Translations under genes and position numbers: made by a program | Notes under the pieces: model-generated | What the model saw: the letters and a program-made list of their open reading frames with translations, nothing else | The model's database searches: none | Told to the model about the DNA's origin: nothing | Source of the DNA: an uncultured Chloracidobacterium sp. | GTDB taxonomy: Bacteria > Acidobacteriota > Blastocatellia > Pyrinomonadales > Pyrinomonadaceae | Direction of reading: 5' to 3' | DNA: 64,000 bases | NCBI GenBank assembly: GCA_964583955.1 | Contig: CAZOXY010000001.1 | Coordinates: 167,553-231,552 of the forward strand | Shown: one piece after another, positions 38,203 to 47,569 of the stretch | Layout of the letters: every line of letters starts with the position of its first letter | Position numbering within the stretch: position 1 is the first letter of the stretch

Positions 38203-40647
38203 TTACGATCTTACGGCTTTAATAATATCAGCAAAAACACCTGCCGCAGTAACGTCCGCACCCGCACCCGCACCTTTTATAACAAGCGGTTGGTCGCTGT
38301 AACGCGAGGTATAAAAAAGCACGGCGTTGTCCTTGCCCGAAAGATTCGCAAAGTTATGTTCCGGGCCGATCTTTTGCAGCCCGACCTTTGCTTTTCCGTC
38401 TGAAAGCACCGCGATGTATTTCAGCGAAAGGCCTTCGGAGCGTGCTTCTTCATAGAGCCTGCGAAAATGATCCTCATTTCGCGACATTTCCGCGTAGAAA
38501 TCCTCAACCGAACCCTGAAGGCAGCTTTCGGGAAGGAACGGAGTGTTCTCAACCTCGTCGATCTCCATGTCATAGCCTGCCTCGCGCGCCAGTATCAGGA
38601 TCTTTCTGGCGACATCTGTTCCGCTCAGGTCGAGACGCGGATCGGGTTCCGTGTAGCCTTCATCCTGCGCCTGACGGACAACCTCGGCAAACGGCCTGGA
38701 GCCGTCATAGTTGTTGAATACATAATTCAAGGTGCCGGACAGAACTGCCTCGATACGATGGACGCTGTCGCCGCTCTGAATAAGGTCGCTAAGCGTGCTA
38801 ATGATCGGAAGGCCTGCGCCGACATTTGTTTCAAAGTAAAAATTGGCATTGTATTCGCGTGCCAGCCATTTCAGGTTTTTATATTTTGCCAGTTCGGACG
38901 AACACGCGATCTTGTTGCAGGCGATGACGGCGACGCTGTTTTCCAGCAGCTTCGGATATGTCTCGACAACATCCGGGCTGGCCGAAAGATCAATAAAGAC
39001 AGAGTTGCGAAGATTTCGTTCGCCTATCGTGTCGGTGAATTTATGAATGTCAGTTTCTTCACCTTCAGCAAGGCGTTCCGTTATGGCGTCAAGCTCCAAA
39101 CCTGTTTCCGAGAGAAGACAGCGGCGGCTGTTGGCCAGGCCGATGACCCGCAGATTCAAACGCGTCTTTTCCGAAAGAAAATCCGCCTGTGAGGCGATCT
39201 GTTCAAGGAGTTTACGGCCCACGGTCCCCGCTCCCGCGATATAGAGGTTGACCTGTTTCTTGCCGTCGGAGAAAAATTCCTCATGAAGCGCGTTGACCGC
39301 TTTGCGAACGTCGCGAGAAGAAATTATGGCGGAAATATTTCTTTCAGATGAGCCCTGGGCGATGGCTCGAATGTTGATGCCGTTATAGGCCAGGGTCATG
39401 AACATGCGTCCGCTGACGCCGGTGTGTGCCCGCATGTTGTCGCCGACCAGCGCAAGAATGGAAGAGCCTGTCTGTACGTCAAGCGGTTCGATCTTTCCGA
39501 TCTTTATCTCGTTCTCAAATTCCTGATCGACCACGGCCCTGGCGGTCTCGGCATCGCGTTCATCAACGGCGACACAGATGGAATGTTCCGATGAGCTTTG
39601 CGTGATCAGAATTACATTTATCCGAGCCCTCGACAGAGCGTCGAACAGACGCTTGGAAAATCCGGGAATGCCGACCATTCCGCTGCCTTCAAGACTTAAG
39701 ACTGCGATGTTGTCAATGCTTGTGATGCCGCGGATGATCTCTCCGTCCGATCCGGCCTCGGTCTCGATAAGCGTGCCATGGCTTTCCGGGTCAAAAGTGT
39801 TCTTTATCCACATTGGGATGCCTTTTGACATGACTGGCTGGATTGTAGGCGGATATATGACCTTTGCCCCGAAATGTGAAAGCTCCATCGCCTCGCGGTA
39901 ATTTATTTGCGGTATGTGCCTTACCTTGCGGACAAATCTTGGATCGGCCGTCATCATTCCGCTGACGTCGGTCCATATTTCCAGTACGTCGGCGTCAGCG
40001 GCGGCGGCAAAAAGCGCGGCTGTATAATCCGATCCGCCTCTGCCCAAAGTGGTAGTTGCGCCTTTCGACGACCGTCCGATGAATCCGGGCGCGACAAACA
40101 GATCCGTTTTTGCATTCAGGATGCGTTCGGCAATGGCAGGATATGTTCTTTCGCGGTCAACCGCGGCGAAACCAAAATTGGAATCGGTAAAGATGACCTC
40201 GCGCGAATCCAGCCATTCATTGCTGATGCCCATGCTTTTAAGCTTCTCTGAAATGATCCGGGACATTACAAGTTCGCCAAAGCCGAGCAGTTTGTCCAGG
40301 GTTCTTCCCGACAATTCCTGCACACGCCGAACACCCTCGTAAACACTCTCAAGCTCGGCGATGGCGGCGTCAACATATTCGTCGAGTTCGCTTGGGACGA
40401 TGTCAGGAAATAATTTGCGGATGGTGTTGCGGTGGCTCTGCTCGATCTCTGAAACGATCTCAAGGTATCCGTCATCGGCGATCTCGGCCAGACGCCCGGC
40501 TTTTATCAATGCGTCCGTTGTACCCTTGAGCGCGGAAAAAACAAGGACGCGCTTTCCCTTCGCATCGTTTCTGCTGACGATGGCGATGACCTTTTCTATG
40601 TTCTCTGCGTTGGCTACTGATGAGCCGCCGAATTTCTGAACTTTCAT
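38203..40647 (-). CDS. thrA: bifunctional aspartokinase / homoserine dehydrogenase
   Basis: MKVQKFGGSSVA kinase N-terminus, ACT region, NAD-binding IAGAGTVG, and a C-terminal homoserine dehydrogenase domain. 814 aa. Confidence 0.93.
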   Translation of the reverse strand: MKVQKFGGSSVANAENIEKVIAIVSRNDAKGKRVLVFSALKGTTDALIKAGRLAEIADDGYLEIVSEIEQSHRNTIRKLFPDIVPSELDEYVDAAIAELESVYEGVRRVQELSGRTLDKLLGFGELVMSRIISEKLKSMGISNEWLDSREVIFTDSNFGFAAVDRERTYPAIAERILNAKTDLFVAPGFIGRSSKGATTTLGRGGSDYTAALFAAAADADVLEIWTDVSGMMTADPRFVRKVRHIPQINYREAMELSHFGAKVIYPPTIQPVMSKGIPMWIKNTFDPESHGTLIETEAGSDGEIIRGITSIDNIAVLSLEGSGMVGIPGFSKRLFDALSRARINVILITQSSSEHSICVAVDERDAETARAVVDQEFENEIKIGKIEPLDVQTGSSILALVGDNMRAHTGVSGRMFMTLAYNGINIRAIAQGSSERNISAIISSRDVRKAVNALHEEFFSDGKKQVNLYIAGAGTVGRKLLEQIASQADFLSEKTRLNLRVIGLANSRRCLLSETGLELDAITERLAEGEETDIHKFTDTIGERNLRNSVFIDLSASPDVVETYPKLLENSVAVIACNKIACSSELAKYKNLKWLAREYNANFYFETNVGAGLPIISTLSDLIQSGDSVHRIEAVLSGTLNYVFNNYDGSRPFAEVVRQAQDEGYTEPDPRLDLSGTDVARKILILAREAGYDMEIDEVENTPFLPESCLQGSVEDFYAEMSRNEDHFRRLYEEARSEGLSLKYIAVLSDGKAKVGLQKIGPEHNFANLSGKDNAVLFYTSRYSDQPLVIKGAGAGADVTAAGVFADIIKAVRS

Positions 40648-40667
40648 ACTACGTGAACTGCGGCAGT

Positions 40668-41966
40668 CTATGACGCAAGACCTAATAAGATATCCTTTAC
40701 GCTTTTGTAATCGGTGCCGATCTCGATACTCCGTTTCGGAAGCCGCTGAAGATCGAGCAGCGAAGCGGGTGCTTTGATATTCATTCCGAGAATATTTTCG
40801 ACCGAGTCGAACTTCACGGGATGAGCGGTCTCGACAACAATGCCTTTGTCCTCCGGGAACAATTCCCGATGCCTTGTCAGCGCGGCAAAGGCAACCGCTC
40901 CGTGGGGGTCGAGGATGTATCCGAACTTATCGTGAACAGAGCGGATGGTCTCCGCCGTTTCCTCATCAGAAATGCTGTAGGACGCGATCATTTCCCTTAG
41001 CTTGTCCGTGTCTCCGTCAAAAAGTTCCATTATCCGTACAAAATTGCTCGGGTCGCCAATGTCCATCGCATTCGACATGGTCGGAACGGACGGTTTCGCT
41101 TCAAAATTGCCGGTCAGGATAAATCTTGTGAAAGCGGCGTTCGCATTGCACGCAGCAATGAACGACCGCACCGGCAAACCTGAGCGATAGGCAAGGATCG
41201 CGGCGGCGATGTTGCCAAAGTTGCCGCTCGGAACGGAGAAGACAGGCGGTTTGGCATCTTTCCATTGTTTGACGGCCAAAAAGTAATAGATCTGCTGCGG
41301 CAGCCACCGCGCGACGTTGATGGAATTTGCCGATGTCAAAAACAGCTTTGATCCCAGATCGGTATCGGAAAGAGCAGCCTTGGCCAGTCTTTGGCAATCG
41401 TCAAAATTACCATCGACCTCAAGCGAGGTCACATTGTCTCCGCATCTGGTCAGTTGGAGTTCCTGAACACGGCTGACCAAACCTTTTGGAAAGAGGATGA
41501 CCACATCCACGCCGGCCGCATTGGCAAACCCGTTCGCAACCGCTCCGCCGGTGTCGCCCGATGTCGCGACAATCACGACCGGCCGCTTTGAAATATCGCG
41601 GGCGAAATATTCCAGACAACGGCTCATAAATCTCGCGCCCACGTCTTTGAAAGCCAAGGTCGGGCCGTGAAACAGCTCAAGCACAGAAATGTTTTCGTCG
41701 AGGGCAACAAGCGGAAAATCAAAGCTGACGGTTTCGCTGCATATTGCCGCCAGAACATCGTCCGGCAAACTGCCCGCGACAAAGGGATGCATCACGGTAA
41801 ATGCGATCTCTTCATTGGACAGACGCGGCAGCAACGCCGGAAACCCGCTCGAAACGGCTGGGATATCCGCCGGAAAATACAGGCCTTTGTCATCAGGCTG
41901 GCCGATGATGGCAGCGTCGCGGAATGAAACTGAGGCCGACCGGCGGTTTGTGCTAAAGTATTGCAT
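40668..41966 (-). CDS. thrC: threonine synthase
   Basis: PLP-lysine motif FKDVGARF, SGDTGGA and SGNFGN. 432 aa. Confidence 0.92.
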   Translation of the reverse strand: MQYFSTNRRSASVSFRDAAIIGQPDDKGLYFPADIPAVSSGFPALLPRLSNEEIAFTVMHPFVAGSLPDDVLAAICSETVSFDFPLVALDENISVLELFHGPTLAFKDVGARFMSRCLEYFARDISKRPVVIVATSGDTGGAVANGFANAAGVDVVILFPKGLVSRVQELQLTRCGDNVTSLEVDGNFDDCQRLAKAALSDTDLGSKLFLTSANSINVARWLPQQIYYFLAVKQWKDAKPPVFSVPSGNFGNIAAAILAYRSGLPVRSFIAACNANAAFTRFILTGNFEAKPSVPTMSNAMDIGDPSNFVRIMELFDGDTDKLREMIASYSISDEETAETIRSVHDKFGYILDPHGAVAFAALTRHRELFPEDKGIVVETAHPVKFDSVENILGMNIKAPASLLDLQRLPKRSIEIGTDYKSVKDILLGLAS

Positions 41967-42035
41967 CTATGGCGAGGACAGCGAAGATCTCGTCCCAATA
42001 AGCTATGATAATACCATTCATGGTGTTATGAAAAT

Positions 42036-42953
42036 ATGCAGGACATAACTATTCTTTCTCCGGCAACTGTTTCAAATGTCGTTTGCGGGTTCGATTGTCT
42101 CGGGTTCTCTCTTACGGAGCCTTTCGATAAGCTGACCATTCGAAAAACAGACGAAAACGGGATCAGGATAATAAACAACGATGATTTTGGGCTTCCGGCC
42201 GATCCGCAAAGGAATGTGGCGGGCGTTGCGGTTTTGGAAATGCTTCGTGTCGCAGGTACTGATCAGGGTTTGGAGATCACATCAACAAAAAGCATAAAGC
42301 CCGGAAGCGGCATCGGGTCGAGCGCGGCAAGTTCGTGTGGGGCGGTCGTCGGTGTCAATGAACTCCTTGGCCTGGGATTCTCAAAAAGAGAGTTGGTCGA
42401 GTTTGCGATGCACGGTGAAATGCTGGCGTCCGGCGCCAGACATGCCGACAACGCCGCTCCATGCATATACGGCGGCTTTGTTCTGGTCAGGTCGGTCGAA
42501 CCGCTCGATGTTGTCGAGCTTTCGTGTCCGCCATTGTGGGTGACGGTCATTCATCCGCAGATCGAAATAAAGACCGCCGAGGCAAGAGCGATCCTCCCCA
42601 AAGAAGTACCGCTTCATTCGGCGGTACGGCAGTGGAGCAACCTCGGCGCGTTCGTGGCGGCGCTTTCCAGCGGCGATCTTGAACTGTTGAGCCGTTCGAT
42701 GGAAGACGTCATAGTTGAACCCGTGAGAAAAAGGCTGATCCCGCATTTTGACAATGTTATCAGGGCAGGCCGAGAGGCGGGAGCGTTGGGCGGAGGTATT
42801 TCGGGTTCGGGGCCGTCAATTTTTCTTTTGGCTGAAAATGAGAACATTGCCGTTGCGGTAGAGCAAGCTATACGAAACGAATATGTGACGACCGGGATAG
42901 ACTTCTATACGTATGTGTCAGAAATAAAACGCGGCGGCGTCAGTTTTGCTTAA
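42036..42953 (+). CDS. thrB: homoserine kinase
   Basis: GHMP kinase motif PGSGIGSSAAS. 305 aa. Divergent from thrC-thrA. Confidence 0.9.
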   Translation: MQDITILSPATVSNVVCGFDCLGFSLTEPFDKLTIRKTDENGIRIINNDDFGLPADPQRNVAGVAVLEMLRVAGTDQGLEITSTKSIKPGSGIGSSAASSCGAVVGVNELLGLGFSKRELVEFAMHGEMLASGARHADNAAPCIYGGFVLVRSVEPLDVVELSCPPLWVTVIHPQIEIKTAEARAILPKEVPLHSAVRQWSNLGAFVAALSSGDLELLSRSMEDVIVEPVRKRLIPHFDNVIRAGREAGALGGGISGSGPSIFLLAENENIAVAVEQAIRNEYVTTGIDFYTYVSEIKRGGVSFA

Positions 42954-43118
42954 GATGTATCAACACACGATATTTATTGGTATCCTAAGTCTTAAAGAAC
43001 GCTGCGAACAGAAAGAAAAGGCAATAAGCCAAATGGCCCCTGATAGTGCCTTGTGTCACAAAATGAATATAACTCTATTGGAGCCGTGATAAAGTCAAAG
43101 TAGAATGGAAGTAGAAAT

Positions 43119-45365
43119 ATGTTGACCCGCGAATTGGAAGAATCTTTGAGCTTTGCCGTTGACCAGGCTGTAAAATACCGTCACGATTACGTCACGCTGG
43201 AACATCTGCTGTACGCTTTGCTGCAGGATACGGCCGCGCGCGACATTCTTTTCAACTGCGGCGCGAGAATAGACCTGATCGCTGATTCGCTCGAAAAATA
43301 TTTTGAGGAATCTCTTGAGCGAATGCCCGCCGGTGAACAGGCAATGCCGGAACTGACCGCCACGTTCCAGTCCACGATAAATTATGCCGTGCTTCAGGCC
43401 GAGGGCAGCGGTCAGAGTGTCGTTGATGGCGGAAACATATTGGCTGCATTTTATCAGGCCGAACAAAGCTATGCTGTTTATCTTCTTTTGCAGCATGGCG
43501 TCACTCGTCTGGACATTCTTAATTACATCTCTCACGGAATTTCCAAATTAGAGAATGAAAGGCTCGTTCCGGAAGGCTTTGACAGCGAGGGCGAGAACGA
43601 AGCCGACCAGCGCGAGGCAGCGGCGCGTCCGCTGACCAACTTCACCGTTGAACTTGTCGCAAAGGCCGCAGAAGGACTTATCGATCCCATAGTTGGACGC
43701 GAGGCAGAGATCGAACGAACGATACAGGTCCTTTGCCGCCGCAAAAAGAACAATCCGCTGTATGTAGGCGAGCCGGGCGTGGGCAAAACGGCCCTGGCCG
43801 AAGGTTTGGCGTTAAAGATCAGCGAAGGCAACGTGCCTGAGGTGCTTGAGGATGCAAAGGTTTACGCACTTGATATGGGAGCCGTTCTGGCCGGCACGCG
43901 TTATCGCGGCGATTTTGAACAGCGGTTCAAAGCGATAATAAACGAACTGAAAAAAGAAAAGAACGCGATACTTTTTATTGACGAGATACACACCATAGTT
44001 GGTGCCGGAGCGGTTTCCGGTGGAGCGATGGATGCGTCGAACATTCTAAAACCCGCTTTGGCTGCCGGAGAGTTGCGATGCATAGGTTCGACAACCTTTG
44101 CGGAATATAAAGCGGCTTTCGACCGCGACCGCGCGCTTGCCCGCAGGTTTCAAAAGATCGACATCGGTGAACCGACGATAGAGGAGACCTTTGAGATACT
44201 GAAAGGACTCAAGAAATTTTACGAGAAACACCACGAGGTCAAATATACGGACGACGCACTGCGGAGCGCGTCAGAGCTTGCCGGTAAATACATCAATGAC
44301 AAATTTTTACCGGACAAAGCCATTGACGTGATCGATGAGGTCGGGGCTTCGATAAAGCTGCTGCCCGCAAGCCGCAGGCCGAAACGTGTTTCCGTTCAGA
44401 TGGTCGAGAACACGGTCGCCCGGATGGCAAAGATACCGCCGAAAACGGTCGTGTCGGATGAGAAGGAACGCCTTCGTTCGCTTCGCGACGATCTGAAGCG
44501 GTACATCTTTGGGCAGAAAGAAGCGATCGATAAGGTTGTCGATGCAATTCAAATATCACGTGCCGGTTTGGGACACGAAACAAAGCCTGTTGGGTCGTTC
44601 CTTTTTTCCGGCCCGACAGGCGTCGGCAAAACGGAGTTATCAAAACAGCTTGCGGAAATTCTGGGTGTCGAATTTTTGCGTTTTGACATGAGCGAATATG
44701 CAGAGGCCCACACCGTGTCGCGTCTGATCGGCGCGCCGCCCGGATATGTGGGATTCGATCAGGGCGGCCTGTTGACCGAAGCGATAATGAGAACGCCGCA
44801 TACGGTTCTGGTCCTTGATGAGATAGAAAAGGCACACCCAAATCTTTTCAACCTGCTTCTTCAGGTAATGGATTCGGCAACGCTGACCGACAACAACGGA
44901 AAGAAGGCGGATTTTCGTAATGTCATTTTAATAATGACAACAAATGCCGGCGCCCGCGAGCTTTCATCGGGCGGTGTCGGGTTCAGAAATCAAACCGAGA
45001 CAAAGGGGAATGCTCGCGGCGCGATAGAGCGGACCTTTACGCCGGAGTTTAGAAACAGGTTGGACGCATGGGTCGCGTTCAAGCCGCTGGACATGGACGT
45101 TATTCGGTCGGTAGTTGATAAATTTATCAGAGAACTCAACGGACAGCTTTTTGAAAAACGCGTCATCGTAAAACTGGATGAAGGCGCAAGGACGTGGCTT
45201 GCCGAAAACGGATTTGACGCGCGGTACGGCGCCAGGCCGATGTCGCGTCTTATTCACGAACGCATCAGACAACCGCTGGCAAATGAGATCTTGTTCGGAA
45301 AGCTTGCAGAGGGCGGAAGCGTTTTGGTGACGGAGAGCGAAGGCGAATTAAAGCTGGAGTTTTGA
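43119..45365 (+). CDS. clpA: ATP-dependent Clp protease ATP-binding subunit ClpA
   Basis: Clp N-domain repeats and two AAA+ modules (GEPGVGKTA and GPTGVGKTE), without the long coiled-coil middle domain of ClpB. 748 aa. Confidence 0.93.
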   Translation: MLTRELEESLSFAVDQAVKYRHDYVTLEHLLYALLQDTAARDILFNCGARIDLIADSLEKYFEESLERMPAGEQAMPELTATFQSTINYAVLQAEGSGQSVVDGGNILAAFYQAEQSYAVYLLLQHGVTRLDILNYISHGISKLENERLVPEGFDSEGENEADQREAAARPLTNFTVELVAKAAEGLIDPIVGREAEIERTIQVLCRRKKNNPLYVGEPGVGKTALAEGLALKISEGNVPEVLEDAKVYALDMGAVLAGTRYRGDFEQRFKAIINELKKEKNAILFIDEIHTIVGAGAVSGGAMDASNILKPALAAGELRCIGSTTFAEYKAAFDRDRALARRFQKIDIGEPTIEETFEILKGLKKFYEKHHEVKYTDDALRSASELAGKYINDKFLPDKAIDVIDEVGASIKLLPASRRPKRVSVQMVENTVARMAKIPPKTVVSDEKERLRSLRDDLKRYIFGQKEAIDKVVDAIQISRAGLGHETKPVGSFLFSGPTGVGKTELSKQLAEILGVEFLRFDMSEYAEAHTVSRLIGAPPGYVGFDQGGLLTEAIMRTPHTVLVLDEIEKAHPNLFNLLLQVMDSATLTDNNGKKADFRNVILIMTTNAGARELSSGGVGFRNQTETKGNARGAIERTFTPEFRNRLDAWVAFKPLDMDVIRSVVDKFIRELNGQLFEKRVIVKLDEGARTWLAENGFDARYGARPMSRLIHERIRQPLANEILFGKLAEGGSVLVTESEGELKLEF

Positions 45366-45383
45366 ACTGATATTGAAGCAAAT

Positions 45384-45426
45384 AAAAAAGGCTCGGCGAC
45401 AAAACCGTCGGGCCTTTTTTATTTTT
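45384..45426. terminator. bidirectional Rho-independent terminator between clpA and the Lys/Ala-repeat gene
   Basis: AAAAAA-GGCTCGGCG-loop-CGTCGGGCC-TTTTTT. Confidence 0.7.
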
Positions 45427-45455
45427 AGTGTGTGCTTGTAAATTGAACGCGGACG

Positions 45456-45902
45456 TTATTTTTTTGCCGCCTTCTTTGGAGCTGCCTTTTTAGGAGCAGC
45501 TTTCTTGGCCGGAGCCGCCTTCTTAGCCGGAGCTGCCTTCTTGGCTGCTGTAGCCTTTTTAGCCGGAGCCGCCTTCTTAGCTGCCGTGGCTTTCTTGGCC
45601 GGAGCTGCCTTCTTCGGAGCCGCTGCCTTTTTAGCCGGAGCTGCCTTCTTTGCCGCAGTGGCTTTCTTGGCCGGAGCTGCCTTCTTTGCCGCAGTGGCTT
45701 TCTTGGCCGGAGCTGCCTTCTTTGCCGCAGTGGCTTTCTTGGCCGGAGCTGCTTTCTTTGCCGCAGTGACTTTCTTAGCCGGAGCTGCTTTCTTTGCCGC
45801 AGTGGCTTTCTTGGCCGGAGCCGCCTTCTTCGGAGCCGCTGCTTTTTTTGCCGCAGTGGCCTTCTTCGCTGGTGCTTTTGTTGCTGGTTTTTTTGTTGCC
45901 AT
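45456..45902 (-). CDS. histone H1-like Lys/Ala/Pro-repeat nucleoid-associated protein
   Basis: 148 aa, almost entirely AAKKAAPAKKAT repeats. Compare AlgP, BpH1 and Hc-type bacterial H1-like proteins. Confidence 0.7.
   Translation of the reverse strand: MATKKPATKAPAKKATAAKKAAAPKKAAPAKKATAAKKAAPAKKVTAAKKAAPAKKATAAKKAAPAKKATAAKKAAPAKKATAAKKAAPAKKAAAPKKAAPAKKATAAKKAAPAKKATAAKKAAPAKKAAPAKKAAPKKAAPKKAAKK
45470..45885 (-). repeat. tandem 36-nt coding repeats (KKAAPAKKATAA units)
   Basis: The unit gccgcagtggctttcttggccggagctgccttcttt recurs with few substitutions. Confidence 0.85.
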
Positions 45903-46115
45903 ATTTCTAGTCTTTCAAAGTTGAATTAGGTAAAGCTTAAGTAACCGTTTTATAACGTATCACAACTTTATGAAATTGTGTAAAGTTTTTCTTTAAGTTT
46001 TGTCTTCTATGTATAAGAAAACTTGGGGCGTTACCTCACAAAGGTTTTCGTTTCATAGATCGCGCAGTCAGCAAATTTTCGCTTGCTGATCTTTGATGGC
46101 AACTCATCGCATCAG

Positions 46116-47543
46116 TCATTCTTCTTCCTCTAAAACCATCGCAGAGATCTTTCGGTTTTCATTTACCTCAACACGCCAAAGTAAAAATCGTTTCTGAGTT
46201 TCTGAAAGGTAACGGTAAACCTTTGTATTTTCAATAGTTTCCGTGCCGACCATGCGAGATTTTTTCACGGCGCCAAAATTTTTGAGCCTGCTGTTTGCTG
46301 ATAATGCTCTGGCCGAAGATTGTGTTCGGAACAACTGCGGCGTGAGCAATTCTTCATTTGGCTTTCCGTTGATGAGGTCGCTGATCGCGGCGGTGATCTG
46401 CTTGTCGATCTCATCGTCGTCAATTTCAAGCGCCTTTAAATTTTTTATCGATATCGATGGAATAAAACTTTTTGCAACGCTTGATGCAAGCATTCCTCCC
46501 ATTCCGATCTCGCCTAAATTTGTCAGAGCGATGACAGTGACATCATCATCGACGTAACGAAAGATCGCGGCGCCAAAACCTGCTGTCTGTCCGGTGTGGC
46601 CGATAAGTTTGTGTTCGCGCACATCAGAGATGCGCCAACCCAATCCGTAAGGCGAAAGTTTTCCGTCATTGAAAGTGAACTGTGTCCAAATTTCTTTTTT
46701 GCTCGACGGTTTTAAAAACGTATCTCCGCGAAGCGCCGCTTCCCATTTTGTCATGTCGTCTATCGTGGAAACGATGGAACCCGCACCCATCAGATCGGTA
46801 AGACTTCCGTCGCGTCCCGAAAGGCTTCCCCGCTGCCATTCGTATCCGGTTGCTCTGAGCGGAATTATGAATTGCGGATCACGGTCAGCGGTTCTCGTCA
46901 TGCCGAGCGGTTTGAATATTCTTTCACGCATAAATTCCATAAAAGGTTTTCCGCTCTGTGTCTGAATGATATAAGCCAGCAGATTGTAACCGCTGTTGCT
47001 GTAAATATTTTTTTCGCCCGGCGCGAATTCCAACGGATAGGGAGAAAGCTGTTCGATAAATCCTTCGATGCTGACACGACGGGACAACTCAAAACCCGAC
47101 AGGCTTGAATAACTTTTTATTCCCGACGTATGCGTAAGAAGATGTCGGACAGTCACATCGGCCCAGGCCGCCGGAGTGTTAGGCAGATATTTTGATATGC
47201 GTTCGTCCAGAACGACCTTGCCATCCTCTACAAGCAGCATGATGCCCGCTGCGGTCATTTGTTTTGAGACGGAGCCTATTTCAAACACGGTTTCGGCCGT
47301 TACCGGCACGCTGAACTCAACACTTGCGAGGCCGTAACCTTTTATCTTGGCGATCTTTCCGTTCTTAATGACCGCAACGGCGGCACCAGGAATGTTTCGC
47401 TCACGCAGGCGTTCTTTTACAAGATCATCAACGCGATCTGCCTGTGCGGAGGCGACAAAAATGAGAGTTATCGCCAAAAGCAAAAACGATGCTTTGAAAA
47501 ATGCATTTTTCATAATATGTACAGTGAGGATATTTGCTTTCAT
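46116..47543 (-). CDS. secreted beta-lactamase-fold serine hydrolase with a C-terminal extension
   Basis: SxxK motif SVSKQM, YSN, HTG. Signal peptide (the start is possibly 47513). Confidence 0.8.
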   Translation of the reverse strand: MKANILTVHIMKNAFFKASFLLLAITLIFVASAQADRVDDLVKERLRERNIPGAAVAVIKNGKIAKIKGYGLASVEFSVPVTAETVFEIGSVSKQMTAAGIMLLVEDGKVVLDERISKYLPNTPAAWADVTVRHLLTHTSGIKSYSSLSGFELSRRVSIEGFIEQLSPYPLEFAPGEKNIYSNSGYNLLAYIIQTQSGKPFMEFMRERIFKPLGMTRTADRDPQFIIPLRATGYEWQRGSLSGRDGSLTDLMGAGSIVSTIDDMTKWEAALRGDTFLKPSSKKEIWTQFTFNDGKLSPYGLGWRISDVREHKLIGHTGQTAGFGAAIFRYVDDDVTVIALTNLGEIGMGGMLASSVAKSFIPSISIKNLKALEIDDDEIDKQITAAISDLINGKPNEELLTPQLFRTQSSARALSANSRLKNFGAVKKSRMVGTETIENTKVYRYLSETQKRFLLWRVEVNENRKISAMVLEEEE

Positions 47544-47569
47544 ATTCAGATCAACCCAACGTCAGAGAT

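Noticed and set aside
45470-45885. Regular 36-nt tandem repeats that could look like a CRISPR array
   Set aside because: There are no unique spacers between the repeats. The array is one continuous ORF encoding a Lys/Ala-repeat protein with its own start, stop and terminator. The antisense ORF 45505-45924 is a mirror artefact.
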